Shown: positions 11,301 to 23,679 of the stretch, piece by piece
Numbering within the stretch: position 1 is the stretch's first letter
Layout of the letters: each line of letters starts with the position of its first letter
Source: Chiloscyllium plagiosum
Lineage: Eukaryota
Assembly: GCF_004010195.1 (NCBI RefSeq)
Contig: NC_057719.1
Location: 23,961,629 to 24,025,628, forward strand
Direction of reading: 5' to 3'
Length of the DNA: 64,000 nucleotides
Notes under the pieces: model-generated
Databases searched by the model: none
Told to the model about the DNA's origin: nothing
What the model saw: only the letters and a program-made list of their open reading frames with translations
Program-made: the position numbers and the translations under genes

Positions 11301-14300
11301 CTTGTCTACACTGTGAATCTGTCTCTTGTTCTGACATTAATATCATAGCAATTTCTAGAGACTCTCCAAAGTGCATCTCATTTTCTCATTTGTTCCAAAT
11401 CCTAATATTTGTGATTTGAATATGCCTCCTAGAGTCATACAGCACAGAAACAGTCCAACCAGTCCATGTCGAACATAATCCCAAACTAAACCAGTCCTAT
11501 CTGCCTGCTCCTGGCCCATATCCCTTCAAACCTTTCCTGTTCATGTACTTATCCAAATGTCCTTTAAATGTTGTAATTACACACACATCCATCAATTGCA
11601 CATGCAAACCACTCTCTGTGTAAAACATTAGCAGCTCATGTCTTTCTGGAATAAGTCTCACTGATTCCTATAAAGCATGGTTTCTTCAGTATATCAAAGT
11701 AATCTAAGGAAAAGAATCAGAAACCAATTACAATAGCCAAAACTGACTCAAATCTATTGATCATCTTAAAGTTTCTATGCACAATTTCAGTTCTCTTGTT
11801 AATTTATACAGAGATCATGTACATATATAACATGTATATATGTGGCCAAACTTAACACCATTTTAACTTAAATTATTGTTTTCTATTCATGCGTTGACAA
11901 AACTAAAATTACAATGACAAATTTAATTTTAAGTAAGAAATTAATGAGTCAACAATATCTCTCTGTGTGTTTGTCGTAGGTCTGCAACTCTGCACCTTCC
12001 AAAGTTATTGTTGAAGGAATCCTACCAGCTCAAAGATCTGCTGATGTCTATGGGTATTGTGGATGTATTCACAGATAATTCAAACCTTTCTGGAATGTCT
12101 GAAACTGCCCCTCTAAAAGTATCTGAGGTAAAGCATTGATAAACCAACTATTTGTTTATTGCAGTCTAACAAATGATATTGGAAACACTGGCCATATTAT
12201 TAGAATGATTGAGGTATTGAAAGTACATAGAACAGATGAATGATTATCATTGGAAAGGACAAAAAATGCTTTCAGGTTTATTTGTGAGGTTTCTTTTCAA
12301 TCCATCATATTTCTGGAGTACAATTACAAGAAAAATTGTTCTCTGCTGTGAGCCTGATGACCCGTATTTCGTTAATTCTTTAATTCTAAGTAGATTGACT
12401 CCACCTGATACTGAGAAACATCTAAGTTTCATGTTGCTAGTCTGTGCAAGCCTTGACACAAAACCAGGGACAACTTGTGGTCAAACAGAACCAGTTGCAA
12501 TATGACCAGTGCACACATGATCAATCGTCACATATCTTGACAATGCTCTGAAATCTATGATGAATCAAATAATAACCATCTGATTTTTTAATTAAGAGCC
12601 ATTCAGTTTTATTATGACCACTAATCAAATGAGAACCTAGGATTTATAATAGATTCCCAAAAGAATGGTGTTTTAATATGCAGTTTGCCGTCTTAACACC
12701 TGTCATGAGCAAACTAGAGGATGAGCATTCTCAACATGGAAGTTGGAGCTGGTACCTTATGACTTCAGCTCAATGCTTGCTGTAAAGATCCTCCATGCTT
12801 GACATAGGGCACAAATAGCTCAGATCTTCTTCCATTCGTACTGGCCACATTCAGTCAACATCCACAAACATTGGCAGCTAACATGTGTAAGCCTCTGAGG
12901 ACCCATATGGCACATCTCTGATTCACTTACTGGATATTTCTGCACCATGGCAGCACTCAGGGCACAGCAGCAACCAGCTTTGTCATGATGCATCAGAGTC
13001 ATGCACCCAGTTTATGAAGTGGACCACAATGCATTTCTGGCCTGTTTGCTTGCTGTCATAGCACTTACTCACTTTGAACCCACTTGGATGTTCACAACAT
13101 CCCTACTTTGCTTTGCCTTTTGGTACCTTGCACCTGATCCTCACAGTCCTGCCATATTGCTATGTCATTTAGTACAGGTACAAAACCAGGAAACTTGTTA
13201 TGGTTGTCAGCAGACCCCGGTCATCAAGGAAGCGAGCTGTCACCCAGGACTACCAGTAACTCTGGTAGTCTCTGATACCAGTCCAGGGGCATGTCACAGT
13301 CAGTCAAGCTCTCGGGGTGGTTAGAGTCTGACTCTCTCCACATAAGGATTGAGCAGACAAATGTCAGAGAGCACACCACACATCTTCACTCTTTCTGCCC
13401 TATCTTGACCTGTTTTTGTCCTAGAATGTGAAAGAGATGGGCACTCAGGGATGAAAGTGGGTAACACAGCTGTTTCTTTTGGTGTGGGTCAGAAGGTGTC
13501 CAGAGCAAGTGAGTAGGCAGCACAGTGGGCACACAGGGTTACTGATGGTAGGGTGGGTGACAATGAGTGAGGGAAGACGAGGCTTGGTGCAGAGGGGGCT
13601 GTAGTAGCAAAAAGATGGAAAGGGTGAACTATTGGAGAAGATCTGTACTGGCCAAATGGAGAAGGACATTGATCCTCTTCCTAGGTGGCTGTGCACTCCT
13701 CCAGATGGCTGCAACTGCACTGATCCAGCTGGCTGGCATGGTCCATATTATGGGCATCTACTGGGAGTCCTGGAGGCTAGTGGACATCCCACCTCCACAC
13801 CACCCTGTCCACCAGCATCTTCAGGTCAATGCCCGTGATGCAAGATGTCAATTTTCTCTTCTCTGCTATGTCTCAGACAAACATCAAGACATGCACTGGG
13901 GCAGCTCCAGACTTAATGTAGAGGTGCCGGACTGGGGTGAACAAAGTCAAAGGTCACACAAGACTAGGTTATAGTCCAACAGGTTTATTTGAAATCTCAA
14001 GCTTTCAGAGCATTGCTCTTTTGTTAGGTGAAGTATGAAGGAACTGCACTCCAAAAGCTTGTGATTTCACATAAACCTATTGGACTATAACCTGATGTTG
14101 TGTGACTTCTGACCATCTCCAGACTGACAATGCTACTCCAGTTCCACAATGGACTTTTAAAAATGGCACCAGCAGTTGGGGTGAGGTCCATTTCCAGGAC
14201 ATCCTGACAGTGGCAGATTGATCAGGGTACAGTGAGTAGGAGAATGGGAACAGAACCAGGCTACCTTGTAGGTAATTAATGAGGTAAGGTTGGTACGATA

Positions 14301-14668
14301 TGATGAGACATGTTGCAGAGGTAAACCCAACTTGAAGCATGACAAAACTGACACTTAGTCAAAGAAAACCTGAGATTATATCCATGTATTCAATCCTCTG
14401 GATGTTTGAGTTGCTGAACTATACGGACTATGTCAAATGGTGTTTCTATTAACCTGATGTGGTTTCCTTGTTATTGCAGGTGACCCATGAGGCAGTGCTG
14501 GATATTGATGAAACAGGAACAAAAGCTACAGCTGTTACAGGAATTGAAATGATACCATTCTCTGTTCCTTCTGAGTATGTATTTAACAGGCCTTTCTTCC
14601 TATTAATTGCTGACCACAATGTTAAGTCTGTCCTGTTTGCAGGAAGGGTAATGAATCCCACTGCGTGA
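4674..14668 (+). CDS. SERPINA1: Clade A serpin, alpha-1-antitrypsin-like; complete spliced CDS join(4674..5307,9977..10247,11980..12127,14480..14668), 1242 nt, 413 aa
   Basis: Four exons with GT-AG introns of phase 1, 2, 0 join into an uninterrupted ORF. Internal exons of 271 and 148 nt match the SERPINA layout. Serpin motifs: NIFFSP, NYVLFKGSW, VQMM, SATLHLPKL, DETGT hinge, FNRPF, GRVMNP. Hydrophobic signal peptide. Exact orthology within clade A (A1 vs a lineage-specific paralogue) is not resolvable by eye. Confidence 0.9.
6150..6800 (-). mobile_element. Old CR1 ORF2 fragment in SERPINA1-like intron
   Basis: Similar to 30560-31000 (ctggcctacagttgcctg, ggggacttat; GNCRPVSIT-type motif on minus strand). 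Confidence 0.55.
7421..7935 (-). mobile_element. CR1 LINE 3' fragment, relatively young
   Basis: ORF 7510-7929 [17 protein letters not shown]...RRRLRGDLIEVYKIMRG...; (CTCTATGA)n tail. Confidence 0.9.
9977..10247 (+). CDS. SERPINA1: SERPINA1-like coding exon 2 (GSWMKPFDP...SLPFR), 271 nt
   Basis: Acceptor tttcctgtAG ends 9976; donor AG|GTACGT at 10248, phase 2. Confidence 0.93.
10363..10700 (-). mobile_element. HE1/V-SINE-like tRNA-derived SINE
   Basis: Reverse complement of 38007-38325. Confidence 0.8.
11430..11640 (-). mobile_element. CR1 3' end fragment
   Basis: agagtcatacagcac tail and homology to 7421-7640. Confidence 0.7.
11980..12127 (+). CDS. SERPINA1: SERPINA1-like coding exon 3 (SATLHLPKLLLKESYQLKDLLMSMGIVDVFTDNSNLSGMSETAPLKVSE), 148 nt; absent from the ORF track
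   Basis: Translated by hand; acceptor tttgtcgtAG ends 11979; donor GAG|GTAAAG at 12128, phase 0. Confidence 0.93.
13915..14140. mobile_element. PLE-derived inverted-repeat (hairpin) element in the last SERPINA1-like intron
   Basis: Arms 13951-14010 and 14046-14108 are complementary; same family as termini at 54380-54465 and 59975-60090. Confidence 0.7.
14480..14668 (+). CDS. SERPINA1: SERPINA1-like last coding exon containing the reactive centre loop (VTHEAVLDIDETGTKATAVTGIEMIPFSVP...MNPTA*)
   Basis: Acceptor ttattgcAG ends 14479; serpin signature FNRPFFLLI; stop TGA 14666-14668. Confidence 0.93.
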   Translation: MTHEAVLDIDETGTKATAVTGIEMIPFSVPSEYVFNRPFFLLIADHNVKSVLFAGRVMNPTA

Positions 14669-14930
14669 TGCAGGCAAAAACTCCACACATTTCCAAGAAT
14701 TGTATCATTGATAAATGGAAAGCAATGACGTTATGTCCAACAACGTTTAACATCCAATTGTTTGAGAGCAACCTTAAGTAATTTAGTAAATGTGCTTTAC
14801 CATAAAGTAATGTACCAAGCTTTTTATGAAGGCAAACAAAGGTCTCATCAATAATAATGAATGTTTCAAATTTATTTCAAATGTTTGTCATGCTTTGAGT
14901 AATTCACTAGTATGTATATGAATAACTTAC

Positions 14931-14936
14931 ATTAAA
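14931..14936 (+). terminator. Putative polyadenylation signal ATTAAA of the SERPINA1-like gene
   Basis: About 260 nt after the stop codon, followed by a GT/T-rich tract at ~14955-14995. Confidence 0.5.
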
Positions 14937-16700
14937 ACAGAAAATGCATCTGAACTTTGTGGTAGTATTTGCGGTTTGTTTTAATTTATTGTTTTCATAA
15001 ACAAGTGTTTGGTAATTATTGTTTGTTGATGAATAGAAGGACCAAAGAACTAATCACAATTTCAATTATTTCCAATCTATGCAACATAATAATGCCTTTT
15101 CACGCAATGAATTTCCATGTCTTTAATCATTCACTAACATATGCCCCCATTGAAGTGAGTAATCACCAAAAACAGACAGGTTAGAGAGCACAGAAATGGC
15201 CATGTCACTCAGTGTGTATTCATAAGCAGATAAAGAAATGTTGTTCTTTGAACAAGGTAACACATGCAGAGAAAAATCAATTGGTAAATTTGTACTTATT
15301 GTAAAAAAATGGAATGACAGTCAAAATTCACAACAGTCATGGCATGAACAAGGTATTCCTGGATTTATTTCCTTACATGATTCAACAACAGCTGGTACCT
15401 TCAAATTGAACACAATATTACTCTTTCGGTTTTTTTTACATATGTCAACAAATTAATGATAACAATTAATGATAAATGAAGACATTAATTTATACCAAGG
15501 AGCACTGCTCACGATGGTATCATGAAGTAGTAAATAAACTTTGAAAATCAGATACTGAAAATCTAGTCAAAATGCATTTAGAATCAAGGAAGATTAAACA
15601 CTTATTCTAAGAATCTAGGTTGATATGTTGCATGCTATTGCCTATTGACATATTCATCAAAAGTGTGCAACTACATTGAGTGAGAAGACCTAACGTCCTA
15701 TTCATACAAAGAAATTACTGATGTTCTCTTATTAGTTAAATGCTTCTCATCAAATATTCAATATTTTCAGACATTTGTAAACAGTCAGAACAACCAAGTT
15801 AAAACACATCCTGCAATCATCAGAAATGCTGACCCTATGTCTAAGACATTCATTTAATCACTGGTATATTCAGTTACAGAGAATTTTGTGTTTCCAATGT
15901 TTTGACTATTTAATCAAATTACATTCATTTTTAAATGTGCACCATGGGTAGGGTATAACAGTCTAAAAAATTGGCACTTGTGCGTAAAATTTCCATGTTA
16001 CTCAAGTTGGAGAACCAAACAAATTTTAAGTATTCACTTGTCCATCCTGCTGTCAATTTAGCAATTATTAATATTAATGAACAAAAGGGCATCATATAAA
16101 GATAACACAAGGACTGCTAAGATTTAAACAAACATCTAGCACCATTAACATCTCAATGTCTACTATGGGGTGTACATTACCAGCAGCGACCATATCACCA
16201 AAATGTAAAATCTAAAGACAAAAGAGTTATATTTGTATAACACCTCCACATGTCTCAAAAGTTTATCAAACTGAATAAATTCAATTGCTTTCACTATGGT
16301 AAGTTTCTCAAAGGGAACCATGGCAATGGAACAGTTCAGCAGAGGGTGAAATTGCAAGAAGTCAGCTTAGTGTTCACCTGATGAAAAGATATTTGTCCTC
16401 CAAAAACTTTTATACTATGCTTTTTGTTGAGCCAATTGAATGTATTGAAACAATTAGCCCACTTGGCATAATTAGTTGAAATATTATTTTGGAAAAGGGG
16501 TCTGTTATGAAGGCTTTTTTGGAGAGGTAATTGTTGGGGTAAAGGAGTGCATAGCGGCAACTTGAAAGTCTTCACCAGGTTAGAGTCTGCAATTGTAACT
16601 CAGATGGAAGCAATGCATTTCCACTTCCAAAACAACTTTAATGTGATCACAGTCCTGTTTAAAAAAGTCAAATGGAGGCACCCAGCAGAGATTATACAAT

Positions 16701-17002
16701 GTTAGCACTGCTGCCTCACAGCGCCAGAGAACCGGGTTCAATTCCTGCCTCGGGCAACTGTCTGTGTGGAGTTTGCACATTCTCCCCATGTCTGCGTGGG
16801 TTTCCTCCGGGTGCTCCGGTTTCCTCCTACAGTCCAAAGATGTGCAGGTTAGGTGAATTGGCCATGCTAAATTGCCCGTAGTGTTAGGTGAAGGGGTAAA
16901 TGTAGGGGAATGGGTCTGGGTGGGTTGCTCTTCGGAGGGTCGATGTGGACTTGTTGGGCCGAAGGGCCTGTTTCCACACTGTAAGTAATCTAATCTAATC
17001 TA
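16701..17002 (+). mobile_element. HE1/V-SINE-like SINE
   Basis: tRNA-like B box GGTTCAATTCC, V-domain tgtgtggagtttgcacattctcccc, (TAATC)n tail. Confidence 0.85.
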
Positions 17003-17587
17003 AAAAATATAGTTACACTTGGAGCAAGAGCAGCACCCGGACACAGTGATGCTCCATTGGAATTATAGCTAAAAGTAGTCAGGAGCCAGTAACCCCTATT
17101 TCTCCCCAGCAGCTGAAGGAAGAAATCTGCTGCTGACAAGTGATTGGAGATAAGTGATGAGATGAACCTCTGGAGCATTGTATCCTGGTCTTGAATCAAG
17201 AACTAGAAGTGGCTTAGAGATCACACCAGTTTAGGGAATACCTGTACATTGGCCTCTTCACTTTACATCCTGTAATGTAATCCCCTTCACCCACATTCAG
17301 TGATGCCACATGTTCTCCATCACATTCCTCCTCACACTCAGGTTCCAGCCACACCCAGCTCTGACTTTAAATGCACTTCATCACCTTCCCAATTATCCCC
17401 ATATGCCATTGCTATGTACTGCAATCCATGAGCAATGTTATGTATCTGATTTACTCACTGAATGCACAGCTTCCCTCAACTGAATATCTGACCTTCACTT
17501 GTTGATCTGTTTACTCACCCCATGTGAGAGAAGAAAGTGGAACTGGAAGGACAGGGAAAGGGTGAAGGTGAGTCAATACCAATATTT

Positions 17588-18024
17588 GGGGAGGTGATGG
17601 CCTAGTGGCATTATTGCTGCTAATCTAGAGACCCTGCAGACTTGGGTTCAAATCCTGCCAAAGCAGAAGGTGGAGTTTGAATTTCAATTAAAAAAATCTG
17701 GCATTAGAGTATAATGGTGACCATGAATCCATTGTCAACTGTTTGAAAAACCCACCTGGTTCACTAATGTCTTTCAGGGAAGGAATCTGCCATCCTCTCC
17801 TGATCTGGACAACATTCGACTCCAGACCCACAGCAATGTGGTTGCCTCTTAGTTGCTCTGTGGGTTGGGAATGATGGCCTTCAGTAGATTCTTAATTCGA
17901 AATTTTCATTTCCTGAATGTAAATTCCACCATTTGACACGGTAGGATTTGAATATGGGACCCCAGAACATTTGCTGAGTTTCGGATTAATAGTCTAGCGA
18001 TAATACCACTAGGCCATCACTTCC
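17588..18024. mobile_element. tRNA-derived SINE (plus, 17588-~17870) with an inverted second head (minus, ~17890-18024)
   Basis: gaggtgatggcctagtgg at the left end and ccactaggccatcacttcc at the right end; B box GGTTCAAATCC; related copies at ~9350-9600 and ~51430-51790 (minus). Confidence 0.65.
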
Positions 18025-20329
18025 AATACGTGACATGGTGAGTGGGGATGTCAATGTTTGCTGAACCCAAATCAATGCATTTTCACAATTTAATCAGGTA
18101 ATTATACAAACTGGGATATTAGAAATTAAACAGAAATAAAAACAGAAAGAGCTAGAAAAAGTCAGCAGGTCTGGTAATGTCTGTGAAGGGAGAAAGGGAG
18201 TTAATGTAAATAAGAGTAAAATACTACAGATGCTAGACATCTTAAGTAAAAACAAAAAGTACTGGAGAAACTCAACCAGTCAGCAGATTGGTTCCTATTC
18301 ATTTCTACTGACTCCTGAGCAGCTAAGCATATAACAATAAAATCAGTTTCCCAAACTATATGGATCACACTCTGTAAATTCTTACACTCAATTGTATACC
18401 TTTCTTGAAACGTAATACAGAATTAATCTAAAAATCAGGTCATGTGAATTGAAGCGTCCAGTTTTATATTCTACACACACAATGAATATTTAACCAGATT
18501 AATAGGTTCATTGTTTGCATTGGAAATACTAATCTGTTTATCTAAATGGGTCACTTTAACACCTCATTATTGTAGCTGGTGAAAGAATTACTTATTACTT
18601 TAACAGGCTTGACTAAACTATTCCAACATTTCCACCACAAATTCCAATGGATTCCAAATAATCTCATTTTATCGGAACTCCACGTAGAGTCTCCAACTTG
18701 CCACTTCCATTAAAACTTAAACCGTTAACAAGAATTGGCTTTAACTTTTTTTCATTTCTTCTTTGAAAGAACTGAATTTGCTTTATTTAACTTACATGTG
18801 CTGACTACATCAATTCAGGGAACAGACTTGCAGGAAGAATTCATTTGTTCAGCAGTGCAACAGAATGTAAATAACAATCAAATAACAATCAATACTCAGA
18901 ACTGTCTGGATCGTTGTCTAACACCAACAGATTTTACTGTTATATTCAGTCCGCCAACATGAATTCTTTATTATGAAAAGCTGCTATGCAAATAATTAGT
19001 TTATAGGTTGGTAGATGTCTTCGTGCTGCCTTTTATAACTGATGCTCAAAACAGCAACTCATGTACTGAAATTAAATCAGAAAATGTTTGATACAGTCAG
19101 AAGATTTCTGTGGCAAGGTGAAGATGAGGTTGACTTTTTTTTAAATTCAAGATAGATTTTAGAATTAGAATTAGAATTAGATTTTACTGTCATGTGTATT
19201 CAAGTACAGGGATACAGGAAGACAATGAAAAGTATACAATATCACCATTCCCTGTACAAAGGTACCTAGGCACAAAATTTTAGATTTTGAATGAGCTGGG
19301 GAACTGAAGAAACTAACTAGGTTGATATCATACTGTCAGTTCTCAAAAGAAATCAATGGGAGATCAAAGGGCCAGTAGGATGGCTTCACCTGAAATGAAA
19401 ATTTCAAAGGCGAGAGGAAAGAGGAAAAGACTGTGTGGGGAGGGATGTGGGAGAGAAAACTTCTGGCCACAAAGACATGGGAGTGAAGGTAGCAGCAGCA
19501 GAAATAGAGTTGAATATTCAATGCAGCTTGAATCTTGAGGTGAGAGCAGGGAGGAAGGAATAAGCATATAGAATTCCTACAGAGTGGAAATAGGCCATTT
19601 GGCCCATTGAGGGAAACTGAGACTTTTGCTGCAGGATGATGGCTCAGATTCAGAGGGTTTAATTAAAGCTGTCGGACATAATGAAAATGCATAAGAGACA
19701 AAAGGTGAGATTTAAAGAGTGAGGGTCAAAAGTAATTAAAGCAGACGAGAGATCAGAAGAGGTATTGAGATTCAAGTTTCATTGCAGCTTGCTGTTCTCC
19801 CACCTAAAAGTAATAGAAAGATTTTCGTACAGCATCATATAAAGCAAATTGAAGAAATAAAACTGAGGCCCAGATCTGCTCTGAAATAAAGTAAACCAGG
19901 GTTGCTGGTGGTGCTTAACAGAGAGGTGGGTGCTCATGAGGCAAAATGAGCAGTGGTTTCAATAAGGATTATTACAGAGATATCAATAAGCAGTTGTGGA
20001 CTGCAAAAAGGATGGGTTGAATTTAGAATGTAATCACATGAAATAGACCGGAACTGGAGCCAAATATTGTGAAACGAAGATCCAGAAACAGATTATCGTA
20101 CATAAGAAGGCAGCTAACAATGGAGACAATGTTACACACATATTTAACAACTATTTGGTGCCCAGACAGATAACTAATTTAATTCAAATACTGTATTTAA
20201 GAAGGGGGGACTGAATACACAAGTTAATATAGACCTTTCGCCTTAACATCAGTCAGAAAAATTGTGGACTCCCTACAAAAAGAGAAAATAGACGAACATC
20301 TAGAAACAAAAGAAGGTATAGTAAACAGA

Positions 20330-20690
20330 CAGTGTGAATTATAAAGCAAAAATCCTGATTGACTAATTCAGCATTTAACAGCGTGTGTAGATAATAATGA
20401 TGCTGTAGATGTCATTCATTTGGATTTTTAAAAGGCCTTTCACAATGGACCCCATGATAAACTAATTCATAAAGTCAGACAGAATGGAGTCAGTGCCCAC
20501 GCAGGAGAAAGAATTACTAACTGGCTTCAAGACAGAAAGCAGAGTGAAAATAAGAAGCAGTTATTTAGAGTAGCAGGAGACAGAAAGTGGTGTTCTGCAA
20601 GGATCAGTGTTGGGATCACTGCTGTTTGTGACTAATACCAATGATTTGGACTTTGGAATCAAAAACAATTTCTAAATTGGCTGGAATAAT
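20330..20690 (+). mobile_element. Decayed CR1 RT fragment
   Basis: VDVIHLDF*KAF and SGVLQGSVLGSLLF motifs. Confidence 0.65.
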
Positions 20691-21065
20691 ATTTGCCAAG
20701 TATGACCTTCTGTTTCCATTCACATGTTAGCTCTCCTCTCTTTAAATGCAAAAAGAAATTGGCATTTCAGTATAACCCATTTTAAGCTCCTGTACAATTT
20801 CATCTAAATCCTGTTGGAAGTGTATTCCATGAATTAACATAAAAGCACTGAACCTTCAACGTAAAATATCAGCAATTTCAAACAACAGCTATCAGTGCGT
20901 CACAGTTTAAGCATTTCAATTCCCATCGCACCTCAATTCTATTGACGGTAGAGAAGTTCAGCTACCCTGACAGAAACATTCAGCAAAGAAATAACAATTC
21001 TGCTGTACATCAGAATTTGGAAATGTTTTTGTATAATTCCAAGGTTACTGTTTGATAATACATTA

Positions 21066-21585
21066 ATAAGTCCCTTTGCAGCCGACAACAGCCCTCCTCA
21101 CTATCCACAATTCCACCAATCTTCGTATCATCTGCAAATTTACTGCCCCACCCTTCGACTCCCTCTTCCAATTCATTAATAAAAATTACAAACAGCAGAG
21201 GACCCAGAACTGATCCCTGCGGAACTCCACTTGTAACTGGGCTCCAGGCTGAATATTTACCATCTACCACCACTCTCTCACCTTAACCTATGCCTTTTAG
21301 TTTTAGATTCCCCTACCCTGGGGATAAAGACCTTGGCTTTTCACCCTATCCATGCCCCTCATGATTTTATAAACCTCTATAAAGTCACCACAGCCTCCAA
21401 CACTCCAGGGAAAGTAGCCCCAGCCTATTCAGCCTCTCCCTATAACAAAACACCTCCAGTCCTGGCAACATCTGTGTAAATCTTTTCTGCACCCTCTCAA
21501 GTTTAACAACATTTTTCCTATAGAAGGGTGACCAGAATTGGAGACGGTATTCTAAAAGTGGCCTCACCAATGTTGTGTACAGCCA
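21066..21585 (-). mobile_element. Two abutting CR1 ORF2 fragments in rearranged order
   Basis: [19 protein letters not shown]...[10 protein letters not shown] (21066-21280) and [12 protein letters not shown]...[10 protein letters not shown] (21280-21585). Confidence 0.85.
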
Positions 21586-22149
21586 TTGCTTCATTAATCA
21601 CATATACTTCAGCTTTTCTATGAGATCAATTGTATTTGTCACTACCATAATTAGTTTATAATTTATTAAAGGAATAATGGTCACATTAACACAGATTCTT
21701 AGCATACCTTCTCAAAGGTCAATCATTTTGACCATTAAGAAGCGCTAACATAAATGAGCAGACTCTCTCTGCCGTCTGTAAGAAATTAAACACTCTGTAA
21801 AAGAGTGTGTTACGTTTCCATAGAAACTCAATGTGCAGCATTGGATTTTAAATGTGCAGAGCCCTACTGCTCATTTCCTGTTGACGACTGAGTTTAGAGA
21901 GTCTAATTACTGCATTGTATTGGCACAATCTGTGAACAACTATTCTACTCTTTGTGTTTATTTTCCTTAGGTACTGGATGCCTGTGTTTCACACTTGTGT
22001 ACAAACTCAACACTCACTTCTACGTTTTCACAGAACGTTTGCCCCACGTTCTTCCCTCTTTATCTGAAGGTGCTGATTAATGCTGCGATACATGCTCACA
22101 GGTGCTGTAATGCCATGGCACTTTGCTCACTGTTTCATACAGTAAGTGC

Positions 22150-22475
22150 CAGTTTGTGGCAACAAAGAGCAATTTTGACGCTAGGAGGTGAGTGACTTTT
22201 TGATTCCCCAAAGTCTGTCCGACACTTACAAGGCACAGGTCAGGAGTGTGATGGAATACTCCCCATTTGCCTGGATGAGTTCAGCTCCAACAACACTCAA
22301 GAAACCTAACACCATCCAAGATGAAGCACTTGATTGGTACGCCATCCAACACTTTCAACATTCACACCTTTCAATACCAACAATCAATGACAGCAGTCTG
22401 TACTACTCACGACATGCACTCCATAAACTCACCAAGACTCCTTAAGGCAGCACTTTCTAAATCCATGACCCTCAA
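22150..22475 (+). mobile_element. L2/CR1-group LINE ORF2 3' fragment, interrupted by the LTR element
   Basis: YKAQVRSVMEYSPFAWMSSAPTTLKK. Confidence 0.65.
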
Positions 22476-23677
22476 TGTGGTGATTGTAATGAGGTCAGAT
22501 GGGTGGACTGCATAGAATACAAATTCCCTGACTGGGGCTGTTAATCTGGTCCAATCAGGGAGCCCTGGCTGACACACACAAAAAAGGAGTGTTCAGACAA
22601 TCTGACACTCTGTGAACTGGTTCTGAGGAAACTGGACTGGTGTCGAGGACTTTGCACGTGTTAATAAAGGGTGACATGTTGGCAGGATGCTGGCCTCCGT
22701 AGAGTTATTTCAGTGGCGACAAGAGTAATGCACATACCTGAAGAAACATGCTCAACACAGTCTGCTTTGAGTTGAGGTAAGCATTTCTGGCGTCATTCTA
22801 TTATTTGGGAAGCTTGACCTGTTTGATCCTGCCATCAAAGACTGGGCCCAATAGGTGGAAAGAATGTATTTTTTGTTCTGGGTAAATGACATTGGGGCAG
22901 ATGAAAAGCAATAAGTAATTTTCCTGACAGCTTGTGGACTTGCAGCTTTTTCAGTTATTAGGAGCCTAATTTAGGAGGCAACAATGCTAAAACCTAATGG
23001 ATTTTGTTAAGGAATATTTTGACTCCAAACCTCCTGTAATTCTGAAATGCTAATTTTACTCGGCAATTTGAGAAACAGGGGAATCCGTACTGAGACATTT
23101 GACTAGGTTAAGAAGACTGGGAGAGACCTGTGACTTTGGTTTTATTCTTAATGAGATACTGAGAGATTGGTTGGTATATGGGATTAATGATGTGCAAAGG
23201 CACCTGCTATCTGAAGCCCAACTGGACTTCAAACAGGCCCCAGAATTGGCTTTATCATTGTAAAATGCAGCACGTGGAGCATATAACTTGCAGGATGGTC
23301 CGATGGAAGCGGACACCCTCGCCAGATTGACTGAGGTTGGGGAACACTACTTGAGTGAAGGCAATTTCATTGCCTCATTCAGGACACATCCTGATCAGAC
23401 AAACTCTAGGTCAGCCCACAGAAAACTTCCAGCACAAAGTCAAGCCTCAGCCAAACCGTTAATATTTTCTTCAGGAGCAAGCGATCGTAGTTGCTGCCAG
23501 ACACGAGATAGCAAAGGAGTCCCACTAGACCTAAACTGAGCCAAAGAACTCATAGGCCAGTATCCAGAAGATAGATAGCAAAGTAGTCCCACGAGACCTA
23601 AACTGAGCCAAAGAACTCATAGGCCAGTATCCAGAAGATAGATAGCAAAGTAGTCCCACGAGACCTAAACTGAGCCA
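22476..23677 (+). mobile_element. Gypsy LTR retrotransposon 5' part: LTR 22476-22712, PBS, decayed gag
   Basis: LTR TG...TTTCA, then TGGCGAC (22714-22720); from 22801 LFGKLDLFDPAIKDWAQ*VERMYFLFWVNDIGADEKQ*VIFLTACG..FSVIRSL, a Mag-like gag N-terminus with stops. Confidence 0.75.
23506..23677 (+). repeat. Tandem repeat, 67-bp unit, ~2.6 copies
   Basis: agacctaaactgagcca recurs at 23527, 23594 and 23661. Confidence 0.9.
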
Positions 23678-23679
23678 TT

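Noticed and set aside
12650..13900. GC-richer intronic block with several short ORFs
   Set aside because: No recognisable domain; probably a decayed transposon, but I could not assign it
21971..21995. YWMPVF after an acceptor as a serpin pseudo-exon (cf. KWMKPF)
   Set aside because: Wrong intron phase and no further serpin similarity downstream
23506..23677. Regularly spaced repeats as a CRISPR array
   Set aside because: Units are fully repeated with no unique spacers; vertebrate context, no cas genes
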